From assembly GCA_035533015.1 (NCBI GenBank), contig DATLUQ010000002.1, forward strand, positions 18,791 through 82,790: a stretch of 64,000 nucleotides of DNA. Reading direction: 5' to 3'. The translations under genes were made by a program, and so were the position numbers. Origin of the DNA: Gemmatimonadaceae bacterium. Its GTDB lineage: Bacteria; Gemmatimonadota; Gemmatimonadetes; Gemmatimonadales; Gemmatimonadaceae. The notes beneath the pieces are model-generated. The model had not been told where the DNA came from and searched no databases. It was given only the letters and a program-made list of their open reading frames with translations. This document shows positions 8,807 to 23,215 of this stretch, one piece after another. How positions within the stretch are numbered: the stretch's first letter is position 1; each line of letters opens with the position of its first letter.

Positions 8807-9475
8807 TCAGGCGCTCACTTTCTCGAGGCGGTGGGCCCAGCGCACCCATGGAAACGCCCGCAAGTGGTCGCGGACCGCGACGTCGGGCGCCTCGTCGACT
8901 TCGATCACCATGAGAGCATCGCCGCCGCGGTGCTTCCGGCTCAGCCGCAGCGCGGCGATGTTGAGGCCGTCGTCGGCCAGGCGCGCGGTGATGCGGGCCA
9001 CCGAGCCCCTGATATCCTCGGCGAGAAGCACGATGGTATAGCTATTACCTAATACTTCCACCGGATACCCGTCGATCTCGCCGATGCGGATGCGCCCTGC
9101 ACCGAGCGAGGCACCGACCATCACGTGTTGTCGGTCGCCGCGCTCGACGGTGATGCGCGCAGAATTCGGATGGGCGTCGTCGGCCAGCGTGGTCTTCTCG
9201 AACCGGTAGTCGACGCCGTCGCGCTCGGCGATCTCGAGCGCGTCGCGGAGCCGTTCGTCGTCGGGGCGGAACCCGAGCAGCCCGCCGGCGATGGCCTTGT
9301 CGGTGCCGTGCCCCTCGCCCGTGCGCGCGAACGATCCATGTAGTTCCACGCGCGCGCGGTCGGGGGTGCCGCCCACGAGGGACCGCCCGATGAGCCCGAG
9401 CTTGCAGGCGCCCGCCGTGTGCGAGGAAGACGGCCCGACCATGACGGGGCCGATGATGTCGAGTAGAGAGACCAT
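8807..9475 (-). CDS. sdaAB: L-serine ammonia-lyase, Fe-S type, beta subunit
   Basis: MVSLLDIIGPVMVGPSSSHTAGA followed by a C-terminal ACT-like domain. An alternative upstream start exists at 9520. Confidence 0.85.
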   Translation of the reverse strand: MVSLLDIIGPVMVGPSSSHTAGACKLGLIGRSLVGGTPDRARVELHGSFARTGEGHGTDKAIAGGLLGFRPDDERLRDALEIAERDGVDYRFEKTTLADDAHPNSARITVERGDRQHVMVGASLGAGRIRIGEIDGYPVEVLGNSYTIVLLAEDIRGSVARITARLADDGLNIAALRLSRKHRGGDALMVIEVDEAPDVAVRDHLRAFPWVRWAHRLEKVSA

Positions 9476-9525
9476 ACGAAGGGAAGCGGTGGAGGAGTCG
9501 CCTGCCGCGGTGCGCGACACGTCGT

Positions 9526-12372
<2,847 letters not shown>

Positions 12373-12460
12373 AGCCAGCGAAAGCTGGCCGATCCTCCGG
12401 GGGGAGACAAGCCGGGGGGGTAGGACGTTATGTTACGGCAACTTCTCCAAACCCTCCGCC

Positions 12461-12796
12461 ATGCCCCACACGGATGCCATTGTCGTTCTGACCACCGTCG
12501 CCTCGGACGACGAGGCGGTGCGCTTGGTGCGCGCGCTGCTCGAGCGCCGACTCATCGCCTGCGGCACCCTGGTGCCGGGGGCCCGATCGCTGTACCGCTG
12601 GCAGGGCAAGATCGCCGACGAGCGCGAAGTGCTGGTGCTCCTCAAGACGCGGTCGGCCCGGCTCGAAACCCTCCAAGTGGCGTTCGGCGAACTGCACCCG
12701 TACAAGGTGCCGGAGCTGCTCGCCCTGCCCGTGTCGGCGGGCCTGGCCAAGTATCTCGAGTGGATCAGCGGCGAGACCACGCTCGCGCTGGCCTGA
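12461..12796 (+). CDS. cutA: divalent-cation tolerance protein CutA
   Basis: ORF 12233.. trimmed to the ATG at 12461. Sequence [50 protein letters not shown]. Confidence 0.85.
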   Translation: MPHTDAIVVLTTVASDDEAVRLVRALLERRLIACGTLVPGARSLYRWQGKIADEREVLVLLKTRSARLETLQVAFGELHPYKVPELLALPVSAGLAKYLEWISGETTLALA

Positions 12797-12898
12797 CGCC
12801 GTGCGGCACCGGGAGCGGCCGCGCGAACAACCGGAGATACGGTTGCCCGTGATGGAGGACGGCGAGCGCACTCCTGCGGAACGCGAGGCCCGAGCGCC

Positions 12899-13402
12899 GT
12901 GATCGCGGTTCGCATCGACGACGTGGCGTTCTACCACGGCGAGGCGATCGCCTGGCCGGTGGACGCCATGCTCGGTGCCACCACCCCCTTGCTGCGGCGG
13001 CTGGAACTGGCGGCCGGTACCGCCCTCGCTCGGCAGGCGCCGCTCCGCGAGCCCCTGCCCGTGGGCGCGGCGGTGGTGACCGGGGCCGGTGACCTGCACG
13101 TCGAGTTGCTGATTCACGCGGTGATCGTGAGTCCAGAGGAGCGGGCGTCGCGCGACTCGGTGCGGCGGGCCCTGGCGAGCGCGCTGCAACGCGCGGCGGA
13201 CTTTCGGATCGACGAACTCGCGGTCGTGCCATTCGGCATCGGTGCAGGGAATCTCGACCTGGAGGAGAGCGCGGTGGTGATGGCGGAGGTCATGCGGCAG
13301 CATCTGGCGCGCGCGGCGCATCCGCGGTCGATCATCGTGATCGTGGAGAATGATGCCGAAGAAGCGGCGTGGCGCGCCGCGATCGCGCGGGAGGCGCCAT
13401 GA
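12899..13402 (+). CDS. macro (ADP-ribose-binding) domain-like protein
   Basis: GTG start. Macro-like blocks are GEAIAWPVDA, AVVTGAGDL and ELAVVPFGIGAGNL. Its stop overlaps the next gene (ATGA). Confidence 0.55.
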   Translation: MIAVRIDDVAFYHGEAIAWPVDAMLGATTPLLRRLELAAGTALARQAPLREPLPVGAAVVTGAGDLHVELLIHAVIVSPEERASRDSVRRALASALQRAADFRIDELAVVPFGIGAGNLDLEESAVVMAEVMRQHLARAAHPRSIIVIVENDAEEAAWRAAIAREAP

Positions 13403-14952
13403 GCCGGCGCGCCTGGACGGCGGTCGTGGTGCTCGTGCTCTGGAGCGGCGGCTTCGCGGCACTCATTCGCCAGCAGTACTTCCAGCCCAACGTGGAACGG
13501 CTCGCGGAAGCAGCGCTCAGAGTCAACCCGGGCGCGGTGTTCTACGCCGTGCTCCAGGGCGGCCGGCAGATCGGGTTCGCGTCGTCCACCATCGACACGG
13601 TGACGGGCGGCATCACGTCCACCGACTACCTCGTGGCCGACCTGGCCGCCGGGGGCGCAGTGCACCGGGTGCAGGCCCGTACGACCATCGAGGTGTCGCG
13701 TACGCTGCGGGTGCGACGGTTCGAGGTGGACGTGGAATCCGACTCGGCGCCCTTTCACGCGGGCGGCCGGGTGGACGGCGACTCGGTCGTGATCTACGCG
13801 CGCTCGACGAATGGCGCGGCGCCGGCCGATTCGCAGCGCGTACGCATCGGCGGCCCCGTCCTGCTCCCCGCGCTGGTGCCGCTGGCCATCGCCCTCGGCG
13901 AGGAGCCCAAGGTGGGCAAGTCGTACGTGCTGCCGGTATTCGATCCGACCACGATGGCGCCGCAAGACGCCCGCGTGCGGATCGCGGCCGAGACCACGTT
14001 CGTGGTCAACGACAGCTCGGTGCTCGATTCGACCACGATGCGCTGGCGCGGCGTGACCCCCGACACACTCCGGGCGTGGCGCCTGGCCACGGACGCGACG
14101 CACGGCGTGAACGGGTGGGTGGACGACCAGGGACGTCTGGTCGAGACCACGGAGATGGGATTCCGGCTCGAACGACGTCCATATGAAGTTGCATATGAAA
14201 ACTGGCGTCTGGCGCAGGCGGACAGCGGGGCGCCGCCCACCGCCGACCGCGACATTCTCGAGACGACGGCGATCGCCGCGCATCTCCGGGTGACGCGGCA
14301 ACTGCCGCGCCTGCGGGTACGCCTGCGCGGCGCCGACCTCGCGGGGTTCGACCTGGACGGCGGCCGGCAGACGCTGCGCGGCGACACGCTCACCATCGTG
14401 CGCGAGGATCCGGACAGCCTGGCCGGCCGATCCTTCATGGGCGCGCCCCGCCCGCCCGAGGTGCTGCGCGCGCTCGAGCCCGAGCCGCTGGTGGAGTCGC
14501 GCAACCCCGAGATCCGCGCCCTGGCCGACCGGTTGCGCGGACAGGCTCGCGACCCGCGGGTGGTGGCCGAGCGCATCGATCGGTGGGTGCACGACTCGCT
14601 CCGCAAGCGGATCACCTTCGGCGTGCCGGACGCCCTCCAGGTACTGCACGCGCGGAGCGGCGACTGCAACGAACACACCCAACTGTATCTGGCGCTGGCC
14701 CGGGCGGCCGGCATTCCTGCCCGTGCCGCCGCCGGGCTGGCCTACGTCGACGGCAAGTTCTACTACCACGCGTGGCCCGAGGTCTACCTGGGACGGTGGG
14801 TGGCCGTCGATCCGACGTTCGGCGAGTTTCCGGCTGACGCGGCACATCTGCGGTTCGTGGTGGGCGGACTCGCGCGCCAGGCGGAGTTGATTCATCTGAT
14901 CGGGGTGCTGCGCATCGACGTGCTCGCCCCGGCCCGCACCCGAGCGCCGTGA
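13399..14952 (+). CDS. transglutaminase-like membrane-anchored protein
   Basis: N-terminal TM (WTAVVVLVLWSGGFAALI). The Cys-His-Asp core is SGDCNEHTQLYLALARAAGIPAR..YYHAWPEVYL..VAVDPT. Confidence 0.8.
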   Translation: MSRRAWTAVVVLVLWSGGFAALIRQQYFQPNVERLAEAALRVNPGAVFYAVLQGGRQIGFASSTIDTVTGGITSTDYLVADLAAGGAVHRVQARTTIEVSRTLRVRRFEVDVESDSAPFHAGGRVDGDSVVIYARSTNGAAPADSQRVRIGGPVLLPALVPLAIALGEEPKVGKSYVLPVFDPTTMAPQDARVRIAAETTFVVNDSSVLDSTTMRWRGVTPDTLRAWRLATDATHGVNGWVDDQGRLVETTEMGFRLERRPYEVAYENWRLAQADSGAPPTADRDILETTAIAAHLRVTRQLPRLRVRLRGADLAGFDLDGGRQTLRGDTLTIVREDPDSLAGRSFMGAPRPPEVLRALEPEPLVESRNPEIRALADRLRGQARDPRVVAERIDRWVHDSLRKRITFGVPDALQVLHARSGDCNEHTQLYLALARAAGIPARAAAGLAYVDGKFYYHAWPEVYLGRWVAVDPTFGEFPADAAHLRFVVGGLARQAELIHLIGVLRIDVLAPARTRAP

Positions 14953-14995
14953 CCGGGCTCACCCGTCCTCCGCTCCTTCCACTTCGCCCTTCGCC

Positions 14996-15754
14996 ATGAT
15001 CCGACTCCACCACCTGACCAAACGCTACGGCACCTTCACGGCGGTTGATGCCATCGACCTCGACGTACCGCGCGGCGAGCTGTTCGGATTCCTGGGCCCC
15101 AACGGGGCGGGCAAGACGACGACGCTCCGGATGATCGCCGGCATCCTCCGGCCCACGGGGGGCATCGTGGAGATCGGCGGCGTGGATATCGCCAAGGACC
15201 CGATCGCCGCCAAGATGATGCTCGGATTCATTCCTGACCGGCCGTTCATCTACGAGAAGCTCACAGGCGCCGAATTCATGCGGTTCGTCGCCGGGCTCTA
15301 CAACCAGGAGGGACCCGAGGTGGAGCACCGGACGCGCGAGTTGCTCGCGCTGTTCGACCTCGACGAGTGGCAGGACGAACTCGTCGAGAGCTACAGCCAC
15401 GGCATGCGGCAGAAGCTGATCATCTCGAGTGCGTTCGTGCACCGCGCCGAAGTGATCGTGGTGGACGAACCCATGGTGGGGCTCGACCCCAAGGCAGCCC
15501 GCATTCTCAAGGACCTGTTCCGCGAGTATACGCGCCGGGGCAACACGATCATGATGTCCACGCACACGCTCGAGGTGGCCGAGGCGCTGTGTGACCGTAT
15601 CGCCATCGTCCAGGCGGGGCGCATCCGGGCCTGCGGCACGATGGCTGAGCTGCGTCAGACGGCGGAAGGCGGCGCGGAGGGGCTGGAGCAGATCTTTCTC
15701 AAGCTCACCGGCGAGAACGCCGCCCGCGAGTTGGTCGAGGTGCTCAATGCCTGA
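14996..15754 (+). CDS. ABC transporter ATP-binding protein (ABC-2 type)
   Basis: Walker A GPNGAGKTTTL, signature YSHGMRQKL, Walker B VIVVDEP. Confidence 0.9.
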   Translation: MIRLHHLTKRYGTFTAVDAIDLDVPRGELFGFLGPNGAGKTTTLRMIAGILRPTGGIVEIGGVDIAKDPIAAKMMLGFIPDRPFIYEKLTGAEFMRFVAGLYNQEGPEVEHRTRELLALFDLDEWQDELVESYSHGMRQKLIISSAFVHRAEVIVVDEPMVGLDPKAARILKDLFREYTRRGNTIMMSTHTLEVAEALCDRIAIVQAGRIRACGTMAELRQTAEGGAEGLEQIFLKLTGENAARELVEVLNA

Positions 15755-17465
15755 CGGCCGCGCGGCCGCCGCGGCGCGCGCCGTCGCCGACCCGTCGCTC
15801 GTTCACCTCCTGGCGCCGAAGTGGCTCACCGCCCGGGCACGCCTGCTCTCCAGCGAGCGGGGGCGCGGCGCACGATTCGCCGTGCTCGCGGGGTTCGGCG
15901 CGCTGTTCTGGGCGTTCGTGTACTTCGTACTCTATCGGCTGCTGCGCTACTTTCGCGGGGTCGCGGAGATCGGGCCACTGCTCGCCGGCAAATTGCTCGG
16001 GCTCATCCTGATCGGATTCTTCTCGATCCTCGTGCTGTCCAACGTCATCACGGCACTTTCGAGTTTCTTTCTGGCGCGCGACCTCGATCTGCTGGTCTCC
16101 GGACCCGTGGATTGGCTCAAACTGTACCTGGCCAAGCTGCTCGAGACGACCGTGAACTCCAGCTGGATGGTGGTCCTGCTCGCCATTCCGATGTTCGCCG
16201 CCTACGGACACGTATACGAGGGCGGCTGGTGGTTCCCGTTGGTGAGCGCGGCCGTATTCGTCCCGTTTCTGATCATCCCGGCGGTGATCGGGTCGGCGGT
16301 CACGCTGTTGCTCGTGAACGTCTTCCCGGCGCGGCGTACGCGCGACATCCTGAGCGTCATCGCCGTGTTCGCGGCGGGCGGCATCGTGCTGCTGCTCCGC
16401 CTCGTCCGTCCCGAACGCCTGGCGCGCCCCGAAGGATTTCGCTCGCTCGTCGATTTCGTGACCGTCCTGCGTGCGCCCACGTCCCCGATGTTCCCGAGCG
16501 AGTGGGCTGCGCGCGGGGTCATGAGTTGGCTGCAATACCGCCTCGAGTACCTCCCGTTCTATCTCCTGTGGACGACCGCCGCGGCCGCCGTGGTGGTCGG
16601 CGCCGTGTTGCACCGCATGTTGTATCTCAAGGGATACAGCAAGGCGCAGGAGAGCGGCGCCCACTGGGTGCGCGGCACCGTACTCCGGCGCATCGGTGCG
16701 TTCGTGTTCCGGCCCCTCTCGGTGCTCAGGCGCGAACTGGTGCTCAAGGAACTGCGGCTCTTCTTTCGCGATACGACCCAGTGGTCGCAGCTGATTCTGC
16801 TCGCCGTCCTGGTGGTGGTATACGTGTTCAACATCAAGTACCTCCCGCTGCGCGGCAACGGGATGACGTTCTTCCTCATCAACATCGTCCCCTTCCTGAA
16901 CCTGGTACTCGCGGGATTCGTGCTCGCGTCGATCGCCGCGCGGTTCATCTTCCCGGCCGTGAGCTTGGAAGGCCGCACCCTGTGGCTCCTCCGGTCGAGC
17001 CCGATGCAGGTGCGCGATCTGCTGTGGGCCAAGTTCTGGGTGGGCACGATGCCCCTGCTCGTGCTCGCGCTCGCCATCGTGGCCGTCACCGACTACCTGC
17101 TCGACGTGAGCCAATTCATGTTGACCGTCTCGGTACTCACCATTGCCATGATGACGTTTGCCGTGGCCGGGATGGCCCTCGGGTTCGGAACGATGTTCCC
17201 GCAATTCGAGACCGAGAACGCGGCGCAGATCCCCACGTCGTTCGGCGGCCTGTTGTTCATGATGGCGTCCGTGGCGATGATCGGCGGCGTGGTGATCCTC
17301 GAAGCGCGCCCGGTGTATGCCTACCTGCTGGCGCGCATGTCGAACGCCAACCCGAACCCGCTGGACCTCTGGCTCGGCTTCGGCGGTGCGGGGCTCCTGT
17401 GCGCGGCCTGCACATTGGTGCCCATTCAGATTGCGTTGAGACGCCTCGCGGCCGTCGAGCGTTAG
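15747..17465 (+). CDS. putative ABC exporter permease (multi-TM)
   Basis: ORF 15591.. trimmed to the ATG at 15747, giving an 8-nt overlap with the ATPase. It has about 12 predicted TM helices throughout. Confidence 0.7.
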   Translation: MPDGRAAAAARAVADPSLVHLLAPKWLTARARLLSSERGRGARFAVLAGFGALFWAFVYFVLYRLLRYFRGVAEIGPLLAGKLLGLILIGFFSILVLSNVITALSSFFLARDLDLLVSGPVDWLKLYLAKLLETTVNSSWMVVLLAIPMFAAYGHVYEGGWWFPLVSAAVFVPFLIIPAVIGSAVTLLLVNVFPARRTRDILSVIAVFAAGGIVLLLRLVRPERLARPEGFRSLVDFVTVLRAPTSPMFPSEWAARGVMSWLQYRLEYLPFYLLWTTAAAAVVVGAVLHRMLYLKGYSKAQESGAHWVRGTVLRRIGAFVFRPLSVLRRELVLKELRLFFRDTTQWSQLILLAVLVVVYVFNIKYLPLRGNGMTFFLINIVPFLNLVLAGFVLASIAARFIFPAVSLEGRTLWLLRSSPMQVRDLLWAKFWVGTMPLLVLALAIVAVTDYLLDVSQFMLTVSVLTIAMMTFAVAGMALGFGTMFPQFETENAAQIPTSFGGLLFMMASVAMIGGVVILEARPVYAYLLARMSNANPNPLDLWLGFGGAGLLCAACTLVPIQIALRRLAAVER

Positions 17466-17638
17466 CCCCGAATTCACGGGGCTCGGCGGCCGGCCCAAAT
17501 CAAGGTGACGATCGCACCGGCCCCCGGGTCTTTGTGATCACCAAACACCGTGGCGCCGACGAGCACTGCGGCAAGCATGACGCTCCGGCCGACCCGGACG
17601 GGCGTTGGAACGGGGTCCCCCAATTGAGGAGGTTCAGG

Positions 17639-17962
17639 ATGATTCGCATGCGTTGGCTCGCCCTCGCACTCGTGGCCTGCATGGCCACGACCGTGCGTGC
17701 GCAGGGCACACAGGATACCGCCAAGACGAAGACGACGATGACCAAGAAGGCCGCCACGCACAAGGTGGCCCGAAAGATGACGGTATCGAAGAGCGCCACG
17801 AAGACGACCAAGAGCGCGATGGTCATGAAGCCCGCGGCCAAGGCGCCCAAGGCGAGCACGTCCACCAAGGCCGAGTCCAGCACCGCCAAGGCGCACACGA
17901 AGAGCGCCCGGACGATGCGGAAGCCGAAGGCGAAACCCGACTCCGCGAAGAAGGGTGGCTGA
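17639..17962 (+). CDS. secreted Lys/Thr/Ala-rich low-complexity protein
   Basis: A GAGGAGG Shine-Dalgarno sits 6 nt upstream of the ATG. Signal peptide MIRMRWLALALVACMATTVRA-QG is followed by about 85 aa of K/T/A/S repeats (TKTKTTMTKKAATHKVARK..KPKAKPDSAKKGG). Confidence 0.6.
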   Translation: MIRMRWLALALVACMATTVRAQGTQDTAKTKTTMTKKAATHKVARKMTVSKSATKTTKSAMVMKPAAKAPKASTSTKAESSTAKAHTKSARTMRKPKAKPDSAKKGG

Positions 17963-17988
17963 TTACCGCCAGCCTGCTACTGACCAAG

Positions 17989-18019
17989 CCCCGGTACGTC
18001 GCTGACGTGCCGGGGTTTC
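17989..18019. terminator. bidirectional hairpin terminator between convergent genes
   Basis: CCCCGGTACGTC-GCT-GACGTGCCGGGG (12-bp stem including one G-U pair) followed by TTTCG on the plus strand. Confidence 0.55.
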
Positions 18020-18023
18020 GTCA

Positions 18024-18242
18024 TCAGGGCGCCCCGTCAGGGAGTCGCGCCCCACACTGAGCGCAGAACCGGGCGTTGACGAGCAGAGGCGCGCCGCACG
18101 TCGGACACCCGGGAGTTGGCGGCTCCCCGGCCGGCAGCCGCACCGCATCCATCGCTTCATCTTCGGCGAAGAAGAGTGGATAGAGCACGACCGCCAGCGC
18201 GACGAGCGCGAGCAGCGTGCCGACGAGCAGCGGGATGCTCAT
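18024..18242 (-). CDS. membrane-anchored zinc-ribbon protein
   Basis: ORF trimmed to MSIPLLVGTLLALVALAVVLYPLFF (TM helix). The C-terminal ribbon is CPTCG..N9..CAQCG. An ATGA overlap joins it to the upstream CcmF-like gene. Confidence 0.6.
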   Translation of the reverse strand: MSIPLLVGTLLALVALAVVLYPLFFAEDEAMDAVRLPAGEPPTPGCPTCGAPLLVNARFCAQCGARLPDGAP

Positions 18243-19765
18243 GCGTCCGCGTCCCGCGTGGACGGCCGGCCGGCTGGCGTCGTTCGGGGCCAGAGCGCCA
18301 GTACGCCGCCGAGGACCACGAGCCCGCCCCCGATCCACGCCCAGACGGCCAGCGGCACGAAGGTGATGCGCACCTGCGCCTCGTCAGCCGACGCGGCGAG
18401 CAGCACGGCCCGTGCATCGAGCGTCGGTGAACTCCGCACGCCAACCCGCGTGATCGGCGCGTACAGCGAATCGCCCAGGGCGTCGCGGTATTGCCACTGC
18501 TCGGCAACGAGCAGCCCCTGTCGGATCCCGTCGCGCGACGCGTCGAGCGACAACGCCACCACGTCGTGATCGGCCGTGCTGTAGCGCGACGTCCCCTGGC
18601 TCACGAACCGCCACACGTGCCCGAAGGGGTCGGCGACCTGCGCCTCCTGCCCCGTGGCGAGGGTCATGTCGCGCGCTCCCGAAAACGCACCCGCGGCGAG
18701 CGCGACCACGAGCACGAGGGCCGCCGCGTGCGCCACGAACTCGCCAACGCGCCGCCGCCTGGGTCCGGCGGCGGAGGGCTCGACGGTGACCGTCGGTGCA
18801 CGGCTGGCAATGGACCACACCGCCGCAGCGGCGCACACGACGCCGCCACCCACCCACGCCGCGCGGAAGGCGGGCGCCCCGCCACTCGCCGCGAGGGCGT
18901 ACGCACCGGCCAGCGCCCCCAACGCGACCAGCGCCGACAGGATGCTATTCCATTTTACCAATAGTCCCCTGGCGGGCGTCCGTGCGAGGGTGTGGAGCAG
19001 CCCCGTGGCCACCACCCACACGCCGAGCGCCACCCCCTCGCCCGACGACCACCCCCAGCCTCCGGTGGGCGACGCGGCCGCCGACCCGCGCGCGCCCAGC
19101 AGCAGGCCACCCGCCAGGCACGTCCATCCGGCGAGCGCCCACCGGCGGGCGGACGAGGCCCACGCCGCATCGAGCCGGCGCGCCAGCAGTCCGCCCATGG
19201 TGAGTACGAACGGCATGCTCAGCGCCACATAGCCCAGTATGAGCAAAGGCTGGTGGAGGACCATCACCGGCTGCAACAGCCGCGGGTCGAGCCCCCGGCC
19301 GTCCGGGGCGCGCCACGACAGGCGCTCGTACGGATTGGCCTGCACGCACACGACGAGCAGCACGAACAGCAGCAGCGTCGCGGACACGCCGGCCGTCCAC
19401 GGACCGCGCGAGCGGTCCCGCGTCGCGCCACCCGGCGCGAGCAGCGCCACACACCCTGCCAGGGCGAGCGCCCACACAAGCATCGCGCCGGCCGGACCGC
19501 TCCACAGCGCGGAGACGGCATAGGCCTGCGGCAGCGCGAGGTTGGTGTGCATGGCCACGTAGGCGAGCGAGAAATCGCGCTCGATCAGTGCGGTGACGAC
19601 GCCGCTCGTGGCAACGACCAGGGCCGCGAATGCCACGTAGAGCGCGCGCCGCCCACTGGCCGCGAGGTCCCGGCGCTGCAGGGCGCCTCCGGCAAATGAC
19701 ACGACCGCTCCCCACGCCGCCATCAGCAGCGCGACCCAGAGCGAGAGCTCGCCGACCAGGATCAC
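18239..19765 (-). CDS. CcmF/NrfE-like membrane protein with degenerate WWD motif
   Basis: Collinear with CcmF: DFSLAYVAMHTN, GRGLDPRLLQPVMVLHQPLLILGYV, and a C-terminal FVPLAVWAWIGGGLVVLGG. The WGGWWFWDPVEN site reads GGWGWSSGEGVA. The protein is only 508 aa. Confidence 0.65.
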   Translation of the reverse strand: MILVGELSLWVALLMAAWGAVVSFAGGALQRRDLAASGRRALYVAFAALVVATSGVVTALIERDFSLAYVAMHTNLALPQAYAVSALWSGPAGAMLVWALALAGCVALLAPGGATRDRSRGPWTAGVSATLLLFVLLVVCVQANPYERLSWRAPDGRGLDPRLLQPVMVLHQPLLILGYVALSMPFVLTMGGLLARRLDAAWASSARRWALAGWTCLAGGLLLGARGSAAASPTGGWGWSSGEGVALGVWVVATGLLHTLARTPARGLLVKWNSILSALVALGALAGAYALAASGGAPAFRAAWVGGGVVCAAAAVWSIASRAPTVTVEPSAAGPRRRRVGEFVAHAAALVLVVALAAGAFSGARDMTLATGQEAQVADPFGHVWRFVSQGTSRYSTADHDVVALSLDASRDGIRQGLLVAEQWQYRDALGDSLYAPITRVGVRSSPTLDARAVLLAASADEAQVRITFVPLAVWAWIGGGLVVLGGVLALWPRTTPAGRPSTRDADA

Positions 19766-19802
19766 GCGGGGACGGTCCCGGCCGGGAATTGAACGCGCCG
19801 CA

Positions 19803-22318
<2,516 letters not shown>

Positions 22319-22435
22319 GCGGGGAATGTACGCCCGCGCCGCACGGCGCGGCATGGCCGCCGGGGTCGCCTCCAGCCCTCGGCGGCGGTCCGGGGCGGCG
22401 CGCGTTAAATTCGATGGCATCCTCTTCCCTCCCCC

Positions 22436-23215
22436 ATGTCCGATCCCGTGCTGCTGTTCGACGTCGCGGACCACATCGCGACGATCACCGTCAACCGGCC
22501 CGACAAGCTCAACGCACTCGACGACGCGACGATCGCGGCCCTGGGCAGCGCCGTGGACCAGGTGCGGGCGCGCGAAGACATCGCCGGCGCCATTCTCACC
22601 GGCGCGGGCCGGGCCTTCGTGGCCGGCGCCGATATTGCCGAACTCAAGCAGAAGACCCCGATGGAAGCGCACGGACTGTCCCGCCGGGGCGGGGCGATCT
22701 TCCGCCACATCGAGAAACTTGGCAAGCCCGTGATCGCTGCCGTGAACGGCTATGCACTCGGCGGCGGATGCGAGCTCGCCATGGCGTGCCACGTGCGCAT
22801 CGCCTCGGAGCATGCCAAGTTCGGCCAACCCGAAGTCAAACTGGGCCTCATCCCTGGCTACGGCGGCACTCAGCGGCTGCCGCGGCTCGTGGGCACGGGC
22901 CGCGCGCTCCAACTCCTCCTGACCGGCGACACCATCGACGCGGCCGAGGCATTCCGCATCGGACTGGCCAATGCCGTGGTACCAGCCGCTCAACTGCTCG
23001 ACGCCGCGCGGGCGATGCTCCGGCAGATGCTCGCCAACGGGCCGCTCGCGCTCGCCCGCTGCATCGACGTCGTGCACCGCGGGGCGGACATTCCGCTCGA
23101 CGAGGCGTTGGCCCTGGAGTCGGCGCAGTTCGGGCTGCTCACCGCGTCTGATGACATGCGCGAAGGCACCGCGGCGTTTCTCGAGAAGCGCCCGCCGCGT
23201 TTTACCGGACGGTGA
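22436..23215 (+). CDS. enoyl-CoA hydratase/isomerase (crotonase) family protein
   Basis: Crotonase blocks are ITVNRPDKLNAL, FVAGADI and AAVNGYALGGGCELAMACH. Confidence 0.88.
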   Translation: MSDPVLLFDVADHIATITVNRPDKLNALDDATIAALGSAVDQVRAREDIAGAILTGAGRAFVAGADIAELKQKTPMEAHGLSRRGGAIFRHIEKLGKPVIAAVNGYALGGGCELAMACHVRIASEHAKFGQPEVKLGLIPGYGGTQRLPRLVGTGRALQLLLTGDTIDAAEAFRIGLANAVVPAAQLLDAARAMLRQMLANGPLALARCIDVVHRGADIPLDEALALESAQFGLLTASDDMREGTAAFLEKRPPRFTGR

